64,000 nt of DNA from Alphaproteobacteria bacterium (GTDB lineage: Bacteria; Pseudomonadota; Alphaproteobacteria; Bin95), in the NCBI GenBank assembly GCA_964291285.2, contig OZ219787.1:1344001-1408000 (forward strand). Direction: 5' to 3'. The translations under genes were made by a program, and so were the position numbers. Below the pieces are notes generated by a model. That model was not told the origin of the DNA. It searched no databases and saw nothing but the letters and a program-made list of their open reading frames with translations. This document shows positions 55,286-64,000 of this stretch, piece after piece. The first letter of the stretch is position 1, and each line of letters begins with the position of its first letter.

Positions 55286-57073
55286 TCAGCCTCTGGGCGC
55301 GATCATAATCGCGTCGAGGGCCTCTTGGGCGCGGGCGGCGTAGTGCCGGTTGGCCTCGGGTACATATCGGAAGCGTCCGTCGCAGCGCACGATAGCGATG
55401 GCCGCGTTGCTCAAGCAGGCCAGATTTCCGGGCAGGTGGCGCACATATGCCCGGCAACGGTCTTCGTCATAGGTGAAGTCACGCACATAGTGCACACGGT
55501 TCTCAATGTGCCAGTGGTTGCGCACCAGATCGAGAAGCTCCTTGGGGCCGGCTCGCTCTGCGCCAAGCGACGTCAGGCTCCAGGTGACCTCGATGCTGCG
55601 CTTGCCGGTTTTGAGCATCTTGCGCTCGCGTTCCATGCGCATTGCCTGGCGGCGCCCGTGAAGGTGGGCGTAGCCGTCCCACTCGGCAGCGCAGAGGTCG
55701 ACGACGGCGCAGCGTCGGCGCTCAATGCGACCATGGCCCTTGTCGACGGTTTCGTGCCAGGGCGCATCGCTGAAGTCGATCGCCTTGAGGTCTTCGAGGA
55801 TGGTCTGCTGGTTGCCCTTCACCGCGCTGACCACGTAGTCGGCACGGCGTTCGAGCAGGCAACGCGCGGTCTCGTGCTGGGCGTGCATCGCATCGATGGT
55901 GACGATCCGGCCTGTGAGGTCGAGACCGCTGGAGAGTTCGCGCACGGCCGGGATTTCGTTGCTTTTGGAGCTGACTTCGACCTGCCCGAGGACCACGCCG
56001 GTGTCATGCGCCACCGCAGCGACCATCCTCCTGCGCCGGTCTTCGCTCTGCTTCGAGGCACCGCGCAAATCCTTTCCGTCCATGGCCACAGGCGCGTGCG
56101 CACTGCTGTGCTGTCCGGCCCACTGGCCGATGGCATTGTCCAGGGTCTGTGGCGGCAGGGCGGCGAGGATGTTGTGGAAGGTGGTGACCGCCGGCGGCGT
56201 GTAGCACTGCCTGGATGGGCTCCAGAAGGCGCCCACCGCCTTGAGTTGCTTCTGGGAGAGCAGGGCGGCGAACTGGGCGAAGGCGTTCACACCCCGGTAT
56301 CCGGCAAGCCGGGCGGCAACGGCCAGCGTCAGAATGGTGGTGAGCGCATAGCGCTTGCCCCGGGCATGGCGGTATTCGGGCACCTCGCCCAAACACTCGA
56401 ACAGGCTGCGCAGCCGGGGCGCCGCCATCGGCTCGGTGTGCTGCTCAGCGTTCCAGTCTGCCGGTATCTCGGGATGGCTCAGCGCCTCGGGGGCGCCGTG
56501 TGTCAGTTCGAACACGAAGACCTCCTTGGGCTGGCCGTGGTGACGCCAGCGCGCCACCCCTCCGGGCTCGCGGGCAAAGCCGCGCGTCAGACCCAAAGAG
56601 CGCCAGTTGGCCGCGCGGTAGCAGGTGCCGGCGAAGCGCGAGACGTCCACAAACGTCTCCGCCACAACAGCCGGATAGCCATGCGCCGCCCGCAGGTCCT
56701 GCGACAGCCGCCGCACGCTCAGCCCCAGCACCCGCGAGGCAAGGTTGGGAACCCGCTCAGGCGTCAGGATGACAAAGCGCGAGTTGTTGGCAACCAGATG
56801 CAGGCGACGGAACTGCTGCTCCGCCGACCACCCGATCCAGCGGTCCCGCGCTCCCACCTTGAACGCTCCAGGCTGCCAGCCAACCAGGGCAAGCCAGGCC
56901 TCGCCATGAACCGCGACATGGCGCAGACCCTTGCCGATGATGCCGTGGAACCGCAGATAGTGGTGCGCCGCTACCAAATCGTCCCAGCGCCGGTGCTCCC
57001 GTGCCCCCCAGGTCGGGCGCACCGTGACCGCGCGAAGATCAACCCAAACACCCGCAAACAGAAACCTCGCCAT
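55286..57073 (-). CDS. DUF4338(DruA-like)-ISAs1 transposase fusion
   Basis: N-term HHYL, RDRWIGW, NNSRF, NLASRVL, ETFVD, GTCYRAANW; C-term AMDGKDLRG, KSNEIP, DAMHAQ, VKGNQ, GHGRIE, RNHWHIENRVHYVRD. Confidence 0.85.
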   Translation of the reverse strand: MARFLFAGVWVDLRAVTVRPTWGAREHRRWDDLVAAHHYLRFHGIIGKGLRHVAVHGEAWLALVGWQPGAFKVGARDRWIGWSAEQQFRRLHLVANNSRFVILTPERVPNLASRVLGLSVRRLSQDLRAAHGYPAVVAETFVDVSRFAGTCYRAANWRSLGLTRGFAREPGGVARWRHHGQPKEVFVFELTHGAPEALSHPEIPADWNAEQHTEPMAAPRLRSLFECLGEVPEYRHARGKRYALTTILTLAVAARLAGYRGVNAFAQFAALLSQKQLKAVGAFWSPSRQCYTPPAVTTFHNILAALPPQTLDNAIGQWAGQHSSAHAPVAMDGKDLRGASKQSEDRRRRMVAAVAHDTGVVLGQVEVSSKSNEIPAVRELSSGLDLTGRIVTIDAMHAQHETARCLLERRADYVVSAVKGNQQTILEDLKAIDFSDAPWHETVDKGHGRIERRRCAVVDLCAAEWDGYAHLHGRRQAMRMERERKMLKTGKRSIEVTWSLTSLGAERAGPKELLDLVRNHWHIENRVHYVRDFTYDEDRCRAYVRHLPGNLACLSNAAIAIVRCDGRFRYVPEANRHYAARAQEALDAIMIAPRG

Positions 57074-57178
57074 GACCGGCACACTGCCATATCAAGAAAA
57101 AAATAGCCACCCCGGACCCCACCTCAACATGGCCCAAAGGCAGACAATTAATTCGCCCTGCCCGGCGCGCCCCGTTTG

Positions 57179-57207
57179 TTGACAGCCCGGAGCGGTCTGC
57201 CTATCGT
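57179..57207 (+). promoter_or_regulatory. Putative sigma70 promoter
   Basis: TTGACA-17bp-TATCGT upstream of the deacetylase operon, followed by a 12-bp GC inverted repeat (57221-57257). Confidence 0.55.
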
Positions 57208-57279
57208 CGATCCGGGACCCCGCCGCCGGCGCCCGCCAACGGCCCGCGCCGGCGGCGCCCCTTGTGGAGGCCTGTCCCC

Positions 57280-58182
57280 ATGTCGATGAAGCCGCGCGAC
57301 CGCATCGACTACTCGGCCATAGTCGACCGCGCGCCGCTTGCGCTACCCGACGGCAAGCGGGTGGCGGTCTGGGTCATCGTGAACATCGAGAACTGGGACA
57401 TCGGGAAGCCCATGCCGCGCACGGTGCTTCCTCCCCCCGGGCACCAGGTCCACATCCCCGACATCCCCAACTGGTCCTGGCAGGAATACGGCATGCGGGT
57501 CGGGTTCTGGCGGTTCCATGAGGCGCTGGTCTCGCGCAACATCCCGGTCACCATGTCAGTGAACGGGTCGGTTTGCGTCCAGTATCCCCGCATTGCCGCC
57601 GCTGCGTGCGACGCGGGCTGGGAGTTTCTCGGCCACGCGTACCGGCAGCGTCCGACCCACCTGATAGAGGACCAGCGCGAGGACATCCGGAAAACCATAG
57701 AGACGATCCGGGATTTCACCGGCCGTCCGCCCAGAGGCTGGATGAGCCCCGGCCTCACCGAGACCTTCGAGACCCCTGACTACCTCGCCGAGGCGGGCAT
57801 AGAATATGTCGCGGACTTCCCGATGGACGACCAGCCGTTTGACATCCGGACCGAGCACGGCGTGCTCACATCCATCCCCTATACGGTGGAATTGAACGAT
57901 ATCCCGATGATGTTGATCCAGCACCACAAGGCGGCGGAGTTCTACGACCGTTGCATGGATGCCTTCGAGCGCCTCGAGGGGGAAGGAGAACGGAACGCCC
58001 GCGTGATGGCGATTGCAGTGCATCCCTACATCTCGGGCACGCCGTTCCGCATCAAGTATTTCGAGAAGGTGCTGGACGCAGTCTCCGGCGCCGGCAGCGC
58101 CGTCCTCTGGACGGTAAGCGACATTCTGGACTGGTACCGAGCCGCGGCCGGCAGCGCGTCTGCGGCCGCGGCAGACGATTGA
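57280..58182 (+). CDS. Polysaccharide deacetylase family protein (PuuE-like)
   Basis: YGMRVGFWR, WEFLGH, PRGWMSPG, DDQPF, IAVHPYISG. Confidence 0.88.
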   Translation: MSMKPRDRIDYSAIVDRAPLALPDGKRVAVWVIVNIENWDIGKPMPRTVLPPPGHQVHIPDIPNWSWQEYGMRVGFWRFHEALVSRNIPVTMSVNGSVCVQYPRIAAAACDAGWEFLGHAYRQRPTHLIEDQREDIRKTIETIRDFTGRPPRGWMSPGLTETFETPDYLAEAGIEYVADFPMDDQPFDIRTEHGVLTSIPYTVELNDIPMMLIQHHKAAEFYDRCMDAFERLEGEGERNARVMAIAVHPYISGTPFRIKYFEKVLDAVSGAGSAVLWTVSDILDWYRAAAGSASAAAADD

Positions 58183-58267
58183 GCGGGACGAATGGCGGCG
58201 CCGCGCAGCTGGAAGCGAGCCGAACGACCCGCATGACAGTCCGGCGCAATAGCAGGGGAACGCGCTC

Positions 58268-59122
58268 ATGAAACCTGCCCCATTCGCCTATGTCCGGGCA
58301 GAGAGCCTCGGGGACGCCATCGGCTTGCTGGAGGAGCACGGCGACGGCGCCAAGGTCCTCGCGGGCGGCCAGAGCCTGATGGCCACGCTCAACATGCGGC
58401 TGTCCGCGCCCGAACTGCTGGTTGATATCGGCCGCGTGCCGGGCCTTGCCGGGATCGAGGCGTCCGGCAACGGTCTTCGAATCGGCGCCATGACCCGCCA
58501 TGCTGAGGTGGAGGCTTCGGCGCTCATCGCGGCCCGTGCGCCACTCATCGCCAGCGCCATGCCGCATATCGCCCATCCGGCGGTTCGCAATCGCGGCACC
58601 TTCGGCGGCTCCGTCGCGTTCGCCGACCCGGCGGCCGAACTGCCGGCCTGCGCGGTCGCCTTGGGCGCGCGGATGGAGATCGCGGGCAAGAACGGCACCC
58701 GGACCGTGGATGCGGACGAGTTCTTCCAGGGACTCTACGAGACGGCTCTCGATCGGGACGAGATCCTCACCGCGCTCGAGGTTCCCGGGATTGAAGCCGG
58801 CTGGAAGTCGGGCTTCCTGGAGTTCGCGCGGCGCCAGGGCGACTATGCGATGATCGGACTGGCTGCCCATGTCGAGGTCGAGGACGGGATATTCGGCGGC
58901 GGACGCCTCGTGTTTTTCGGCGCCGGCGAGCGGCCCGTCTCCGCGGTTCGGAGCGCGGCGCTGCTGGAAGGCGAGCGGTGGTCGGATGCGCTCGACGCCG
59001 GGATAGCCGAAACGCTGAAGGAAGAACTCGACCCGTTCGAGGACCTGAATGCAGACGCGGCGATGCGCCGCCATCTGGCCGGCGTGCTCGTCAAGCGGAC
59101 TCTGGGCGCGCTCGCGGCCTGA
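58268..59122 (+). CDS. Xanthine dehydrogenase/CoxM-family FAD subunit
   Basis: LAGGQSL, VRNRGTFGGS, ADPAAE. Confidence 0.92.
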   Translation: MKPAPFAYVRAESLGDAIGLLEEHGDGAKVLAGGQSLMATLNMRLSAPELLVDIGRVPGLAGIEASGNGLRIGAMTRHAEVEASALIAARAPLIASAMPHIAHPAVRNRGTFGGSVAFADPAAELPACAVALGARMEIAGKNGTRTVDADEFFQGLYETALDRDEILTALEVPGIEAGWKSGFLEFARRQGDYAMIGLAAHVEVEDGIFGGGRLVFFGAGERPVSAVRSAALLEGERWSDALDAGIAETLKEELDPFEDLNADAAMRRHLAGVLVKRTLGALAA

Positions 59123-59134
59123 GGGAGGGACTCG

Positions 59135-59617
59135 ATGGACACCAACGTCGAAGTCAGCGTACGGGTGAACGGGGAACCTGCGATCCGCCGCGTCGAGGCG
59201 CGGATGAACCTGGTGGATTTCCTGCGCGAGGAGCTTGGCCTCACCGGGAGCCATGTCGGCTGCGAGCACGGCGTGTGCGGAGCCTGCACCGTGCGGGTGG
59301 ACGGGCGTATCGTGCGCGGATGCCTCATGCTGGCCGCGCAGGCGGACGGCGCGGATGTGTGGACCATCGAGGGGTTGAGCGACACGGGTGAGATTCGGGG
59401 CCTCCAGGACGCGTTCGTCGAGCGCAACGCGCTCCAGTGCGGATATTGCACGCCGGGCATGCTGCTCACCCTCGCCGAGCTCATGGAACGCAATCCCTCC
59501 GCGAGCCGGCGCGAGATTCGCGAATTCATCTCCGGGAACTACTGCCGGTGTACGGGCTACCAGGCGATCGTGGATGCGTTCGAGATGGCCCGCGCGCGCG
59601 GAGGAGGCTCGTCATGA
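59135..59617 (+). CDS. CoxS-family 2Fe-2S subunit
   Basis: GCEHGVCGAC, QCGYCTPG, CRCTGY. Confidence 0.94.
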   Translation: MDTNVEVSVRVNGEPAIRRVEARMNLVDFLREELGLTGSHVGCEHGVCGACTVRVDGRIVRGCLMLAAQADGADVWTIEGLSDTGEIRGLQDAFVERNALQCGYCTPGMLLTLAELMERNPSASRREIREFISGNYCRCTGYQAIVDAFEMARARGGGSS

Positions 59618-62001
59618 CCGATCTCGCCGCGGATCGCTGGCTCCTCGACCGCCCGAACTCCTATATCGGCCGGTCCGTCCCGCGCCCCAACGCGCCTCGC
59701 TTGGCGAAAGGGCGCGGCACCTTCGTCGATGACATCGAGCTCGGCAAGCGGGCGGGGCATGCGGCGTTCGTCCGCTCTCCCCATGCACATGCCCGGATCC
59801 GGTCGATCGATGCGGAAGCGGCGAAGGCGGTCCCGGGGGTGATTGCGGTCGTGACCGGACCCGAGCTGGCCGAGATTCACGATCCTTGGGTCGGGGTGCT
59901 GACCCACCTCGAGGGCCTCAAGTCCGCGCCGCAATATGCGCTGCCCCTGGAGACGGCGACCTGGCAGGGCGAGGCGGTGGTGGCGGTAGTCGCCGAGAGC
60001 CGCGCCAGGGCGGAGGATGCGGCGGAGCTTGTGGAGATCGAATGGGAAGTGCTGCCCGCCGTCACCGACGCCGAGACCGCGCTCGAACCCGCCACAACCG
60101 TCATCCATGAGAGCCTCGGCGACAACCTCGCCTGGCGACGCAACGCAAACTTCGGTGACGTCGAGGCGGCATATGCGGAAGCCGACCATGTCGTCGAGGA
60201 GACGTACATCTTTGCCCGGCACACCGGGGTGTGCCTTGAGCCGCGGGCCATCCTCGCCGACTGGAATCCCGGCGACGAGCAGCTCACCGTGTGGCACAAC
60301 ACCCAGTGCCCGCACATGATCCAGAACATCCTGGCGACCCACTTCCGCCTGGACGAGCACCGGGTTCGTGTGATCGCACGCGATGTCGGGGGCTCGTTCG
60401 GGATCAAGGTCCACACCTATGCCGACGAAATCGCGACCGTCGGGCTCTCGCTTCTGCTCAAGCGGCCGGTCAAGTTCGTGGCGGACCGGCTGGAGAGCTT
60501 CCTGTCCGACATCCATGCACGCGACCAACGGGTCCGGGGAAAGATCGCGGTCAGGGACGACGGCTCCATTCTCGGCTTCGAGATCGACGCGCTCAGCGGG
60601 ATCGGCCCTTATTCCATGTATCCGCGCACGAGCGGCATCGAGGTGAACCAGGTCGTGAACCTGATGGGCGGCCCTTATGAATTCGAACACTACCGGGCGC
60701 AGGCGACCGTCGTTTTTCAGAACAAGAACATGATGTGCCAGTACCGTGCGGTCGGACACCCAATCAAATGCGCGGTGGCCGAGGGGCTCGTGGATGCGGC
60801 GGCGCGCGCAACCGGCCTCGATCCGGCAGAGCTTCGCCGGAGGAACCTTCGTGCGGACGATTCATATCCGTGCCGGTCGGTGCAAGGGCTGCCGTTCGAG
60901 AACCTCTCCCACCAGGAGAGCCTCGCGAAGCTTCTGGAGGCGATGGACTACGAAGCACTGAAAGCGGAGCGCGACGCCCTGCGCATGCAAGGTATTTATC
61001 GCGGCATCGGCCTCGCGAGCTTCATCGAGGTGACGAACCCCTCCGCCATGTTCTACGGCGTGGGCGGCGCACGCATATCCGCTCAGGACGGGGCGACCTT
61101 GCGCCTCGACGCCAAGGGCAACGTCTTCGTCGCGACGGGAGCGACGGAGCAGGGCCAGGGCATGGAAGCGGTGATCTCGCAGGTCGCGGCGACGGCCGTC
61201 GGCGTTCCTCCCGAACGTCTCAAGATCGTCACCGGCGACACCGAGCACACTCCCTATGGAGGCGGCACATGGGGGTCGCGGGCTGCCGGCATCGGCGGGG
61301 AGGCGGTAGCCCAGGCAGGCCGCGCCCTCCGGAACCGGATTCTCCACGCGGCGGCGGTCATGCTTCAGGATGAGGTGGAAAACCTCGACATCCGGGGCGG
61401 GGTGGTGGTGGACGCGGAGACCGGCACGGAACGCATCGGCCTCGATGAAATCGGGCGCATCTGTTACTACCGGCCCGATACGCTGCCGGACGGTTTCCAG
61501 TCTGAGTTGGTCGTGACCCGGCATTACGTCCCGCGCAAGTACCCCTTTGCGTTCACCAACGGTGCGCAGGCGTCCTATCTTGAGGTGGACGTCGAGACCG
61601 GCTTCATTACCCTGCTTGACCACTGGTGCATCGAAGACTGCGGCACGGTCATCAACCCGTTGCTGGTCGACGAGCAGATCCGGGGCGGCGTCGTGCAGGG
61701 GCTGGGCGCAGCGCTCTGGGAGCAGTGCGTATACGATCGCGACGGTCAGATGCTGAACGCCAACATGGCCGACTATCTGGTGCCGATGGCAGCGGAACTG
61801 CCCGACATGCGATGCGGCCACGCGGTTTCGCCGACCTTCGAAGCCGATCTCGGGGCCAAGGGCGCGGGAGAGGCAGGCACTTGCGGCGCGCCGGCCGCGG
61901 TGATGAACGCTCTCAATGACGCGCTGGCGCCGTTGGGGGCGCGGCTCACCGACATGCCCTTCACCCCGCAGAAGGTGCTGCGCGCGCTCGGTACAATTTG
62001 A
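59614..62001 (+). CDS. CoxL-like molybdopterin-binding large subunit
   Basis: VRSPHAHA, VGGSFG, QYRAVG, EQGQG, GGTWGSR, KGAGEAG. Confidence 0.92.
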   Translation: MTDLAADRWLLDRPNSYIGRSVPRPNAPRLAKGRGTFVDDIELGKRAGHAAFVRSPHAHARIRSIDAEAAKAVPGVIAVVTGPELAEIHDPWVGVLTHLEGLKSAPQYALPLETATWQGEAVVAVVAESRARAEDAAELVEIEWEVLPAVTDAETALEPATTVIHESLGDNLAWRRNANFGDVEAAYAEADHVVEETYIFARHTGVCLEPRAILADWNPGDEQLTVWHNTQCPHMIQNILATHFRLDEHRVRVIARDVGGSFGIKVHTYADEIATVGLSLLLKRPVKFVADRLESFLSDIHARDQRVRGKIAVRDDGSILGFEIDALSGIGPYSMYPRTSGIEVNQVVNLMGGPYEFEHYRAQATVVFQNKNMMCQYRAVGHPIKCAVAEGLVDAAARATGLDPAELRRRNLRADDSYPCRSVQGLPFENLSHQESLAKLLEAMDYEALKAERDALRMQGIYRGIGLASFIEVTNPSAMFYGVGGARISAQDGATLRLDAKGNVFVATGATEQGQGMEAVISQVAATAVGVPPERLKIVTGDTEHTPYGGGTWGSRAAGIGGEAVAQAGRALRNRILHAAAVMLQDEVENLDIRGGVVVDAETGTERIGLDEIGRICYYRPDTLPDGFQSELVVTRHYVPRKYPFAFTNGAQASYLEVDVETGFITLLDHWCIEDCGTVINPLLVDEQIRGGVVQGLGAALWEQCVYDRDGQMLNANMADYLVPMAAELPDMRCGHAVSPTFEADLGAKGAGEAGTCGAPAAVMNALNDALAPLGARLTDMPFTPQKVLRALGTI

Positions 62002-62896
62002 GCCAGGTACGCCGGAGCCAGGCCGCCCACTCGACGAGGTTGCCCGCGTCTCCGAGAATGGCCATCAGGCAGGCGTGCCTCTCGCCGACATTGCGGAAGC
62101 CCCGCTTGCCCGGCTCCTCCTGGAGATTGAGCGCCGGCTGCATGCTGGTCGCACCGCCGTCGACCACCATTTCGCCGCCGGTCATGTAAGAGGCGGCATC
62201 CGATGCAAGAAACAGCACTGCCGCGACGACCTCGTCGATCGTCCCGATACGTCCCATGGGGACCCGGGACACGCGCTCGGCCAACACTGCCGGCTCGGAC
62301 AATGCGCTGCGCAGCATTTCGGTGTCTATCGGGCCGGGAAGCACCGCGTTGCAGCGGATGCCGTCCCCGGCATGCTGCGCTGCCGTCACCTTGGTGAATA
62401 TCCGCACCGCCCCCTTGCTTGCGGCATAGGCGGGTTCCTGATGAGTCGACTGGCCGATGCCGGCCACCGATACGATATTGACGATCGAACCGCCGCCGGA
62501 CGCCCGCATCGCCGGTATCGCATGCTTGGTTCCGAGAAAGACGCCGCGCGCATTCACGGCCTGCACCCGGTCCCATTCCTCCACCGTCCGATGCTCGATG
62601 GCGGCGCGGGCAATAACGATCGCGGCATTGTTCACCAGGATGTCGAGCCGGCCATGCGCATCCATCGCGCAGCCGACTGCGCGGCGCCAGTCGTCCTCCT
62701 GCGTCACATCCAGATGCAGGTATGCCGCAGTCCCGCCCGACGCCTCGATCCCGGCCTGAACGGCCGCGCCTTCCTCCTCGAGGATATCGCCGAAAACGAC
62801 TGCCGCGCCCTCTGCCGCAAAGGCTCGCGCCTCCGCCGCGCCCTGTCCGCGGGCCCCGCCGCTGATCAGAACGACCTTGCCATCGAATCCGCCCAT
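61961..62896 (-). CDS. Short-chain dehydrogenase/reductase
   Basis: SGGARGQG, NNAA, YAASK, VLPGPIDT. Confidence 0.88.
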   Translation of the reverse strand: MGGFDGKVVLISGGARGQGAAEARAFAAEGAAVVFGDILEEEGAAVQAGIEASGGTAAYLHLDVTQEDDWRRAVGCAMDAHGRLDILVNNAAIVIARAAIEHRTVEEWDRVQAVNARGVFLGTKHAIPAMRASGGGSIVNIVSVAGIGQSTHQEPAYAASKGAVRIFTKVTAAQHAGDGIRCNAVLPGPIDTEMLRSALSEPAVLAERVSRVPMGRIGTIDEVVAAVLFLASDAASYMTGGEMVVDGGATSMQPALNLQEEPGKRGFRNVGERHACLMAILGDAGNLVEWAAWLRRTWLKLYRARAAPSAG

Positions 62897-63303
62897 GCCG
62901 GCTCCTGTTTGCAGCAAATTTGCAGGAGGCGTGAGCCTAGCGCGTCCCTGGCCTCGACGGAATGGCGTATGCCCGCGGCTGGCTCGATCACTGCCAGGCC
63001 TTCCCGGTTGACGGGGGTCCAGATCCGGGTCTGTCCCGCTCTCAAAGCTGTCAGTGGCTCATGCAGCCGGATGCCGGCGGATGAAGGACGATTTGGAGGC
63101 CGTACAGCGCCAGGTCATTTGGGATGTCGCGATCCGGATGTGCCCGGAACCCGCCTCCTCGTTGCCATCCGAAGCTACCTGTTGTCCGGCGCAAGATTTC
63201 CACGCCAACCAGCATCACGGATCATTGAATTTCCGGGATTCCAAGAGCTCGGGCGCATGGCCTGACAACAGGTCCGTGTCGAGACCCTAGCACGCGGCAA
63301 CAG

Positions 63304-64000
63304 GTGTTCCCCTGGGCGCGGTTCCGGTCGACCAAGGCGGCGGTGAAGCTGCATACGCTGCTCGACCTGCAGGGGGCGATCCCGAGTTTTGTCCACATCT
63401 CCGACGGCAAGTTCCATGACGTCAACCTGCTCGACCTTCTGGTCCCCGAACCCGGCGCCATCTACGTCATGGACCGCGCCTATGGAGACTTTCTGCGGTT
63501 CCATCGCCTGCACCGGGCCGGCGCGTTCTTCGTCACCCGGGCGAAGAACAATCTGGATGCCCGCCGGGTGTATTCCTGGCAGCGCGACCCGGCCAACGGC
63601 ATCCTCTCCGACCACATCATCCGGCTCGGCGGCGCCCATAGCAGAAAGCGCTATCCCGAGTTCCTGCGCAGGGTCCGCTTCCGAGACCCGCAGACGGACC
63701 GGGTGCTGGTGTTCCTGACCAATCACATGGACTTCGACGCCCTCACCATCTGCAATCTCTACAAGTCGCGATGGCACATCGAACTGTTCTTCAAATGGAT
63801 CAAGCAACACTTGCGCATCAAACGCTTCTTCGGCACCTCCGAAAACGCCGTCAAAACCCAACTCTGGATCGCCGTGTCCGTCTATGTCCTGATCGCGATC
63901 ATCCGAAAGAAGCTCGAACTCGATACCCAACTCTACAGAATGCTACAGCTCCTCTCCGTCATGCCCTTCGAAAAAATCCCCATAAAACAAGCACTTGGTA
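63304..64000 (+). pseudogene. IS4-family transposase, 5'-truncated, runs off window
   Basis: FPWARFRSTKAAVKLHTLLDL, SDGKFHDV, MDRAY, FLTNH, YKSRWHIELFFKWIKQHL read manually; no start codon so absent from ORF track. Confidence 0.85.

Larger units (their letters stand above)
54671..57160 (-). mobile_element. ISAs1-family element
   Basis: Ends CAGGGAAAATTTTTAGTC / CAGGGCGAATTAATTGTC; no TSD. Confidence 0.8.

Noticed and set aside
58268-62001. Aerobic CO dehydrogenase coxMSL
   Set aside because: AYxCSFR active-site loop absent and no cox accessory genes adjacent

Overview
GC-rich alphaproteobacterial chromosomal window in four parts. (1) 1-15.5 kb is an IS-riddled accessory region: tandem tyrosine recombinases, ISKra4-like, IS21 and IS630 elements, a large unassigned DDE element, a HEPN-like gene split by IS21, two glycosyltransferases and a broken Fic module. 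(2) 15.5-32.6 kb is housekeeping/metabolic: the conserved pckA-chvI-chvG-hprK-rapZ-manX-HPr-ahcY cluster, a probable UGSC-type selenoprotein read through an in-frame TGA, and a CoA-transferase/TauD/NMO/SDR/MFS operon. (3) 32.7-57.2 kb is a decaying defence island: DISARM drmD/drmMI remnants, a second integrase pair, and a type I-E CRISPR-Cas locus lacking cas3 and the 5' part of cse1. Its 30-repeat array is split by IS66 and contains a 768-bp 'mega-spacer', precisely bounded by two intact repeats, that encodes one complete phage-like gene plus the 5' part of a phage-type cytosine methyltransferase, in the sense of array transcription. This is the top finding; an assembly chimera must be excluded. 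(4) 57.2-64 kb holds a deacetylase + coxMSL-like molybdoenzyme operon, an SDR and an IS4 fragment. All calls come from reading the sequence and ORF track by eye; no database searches were run.
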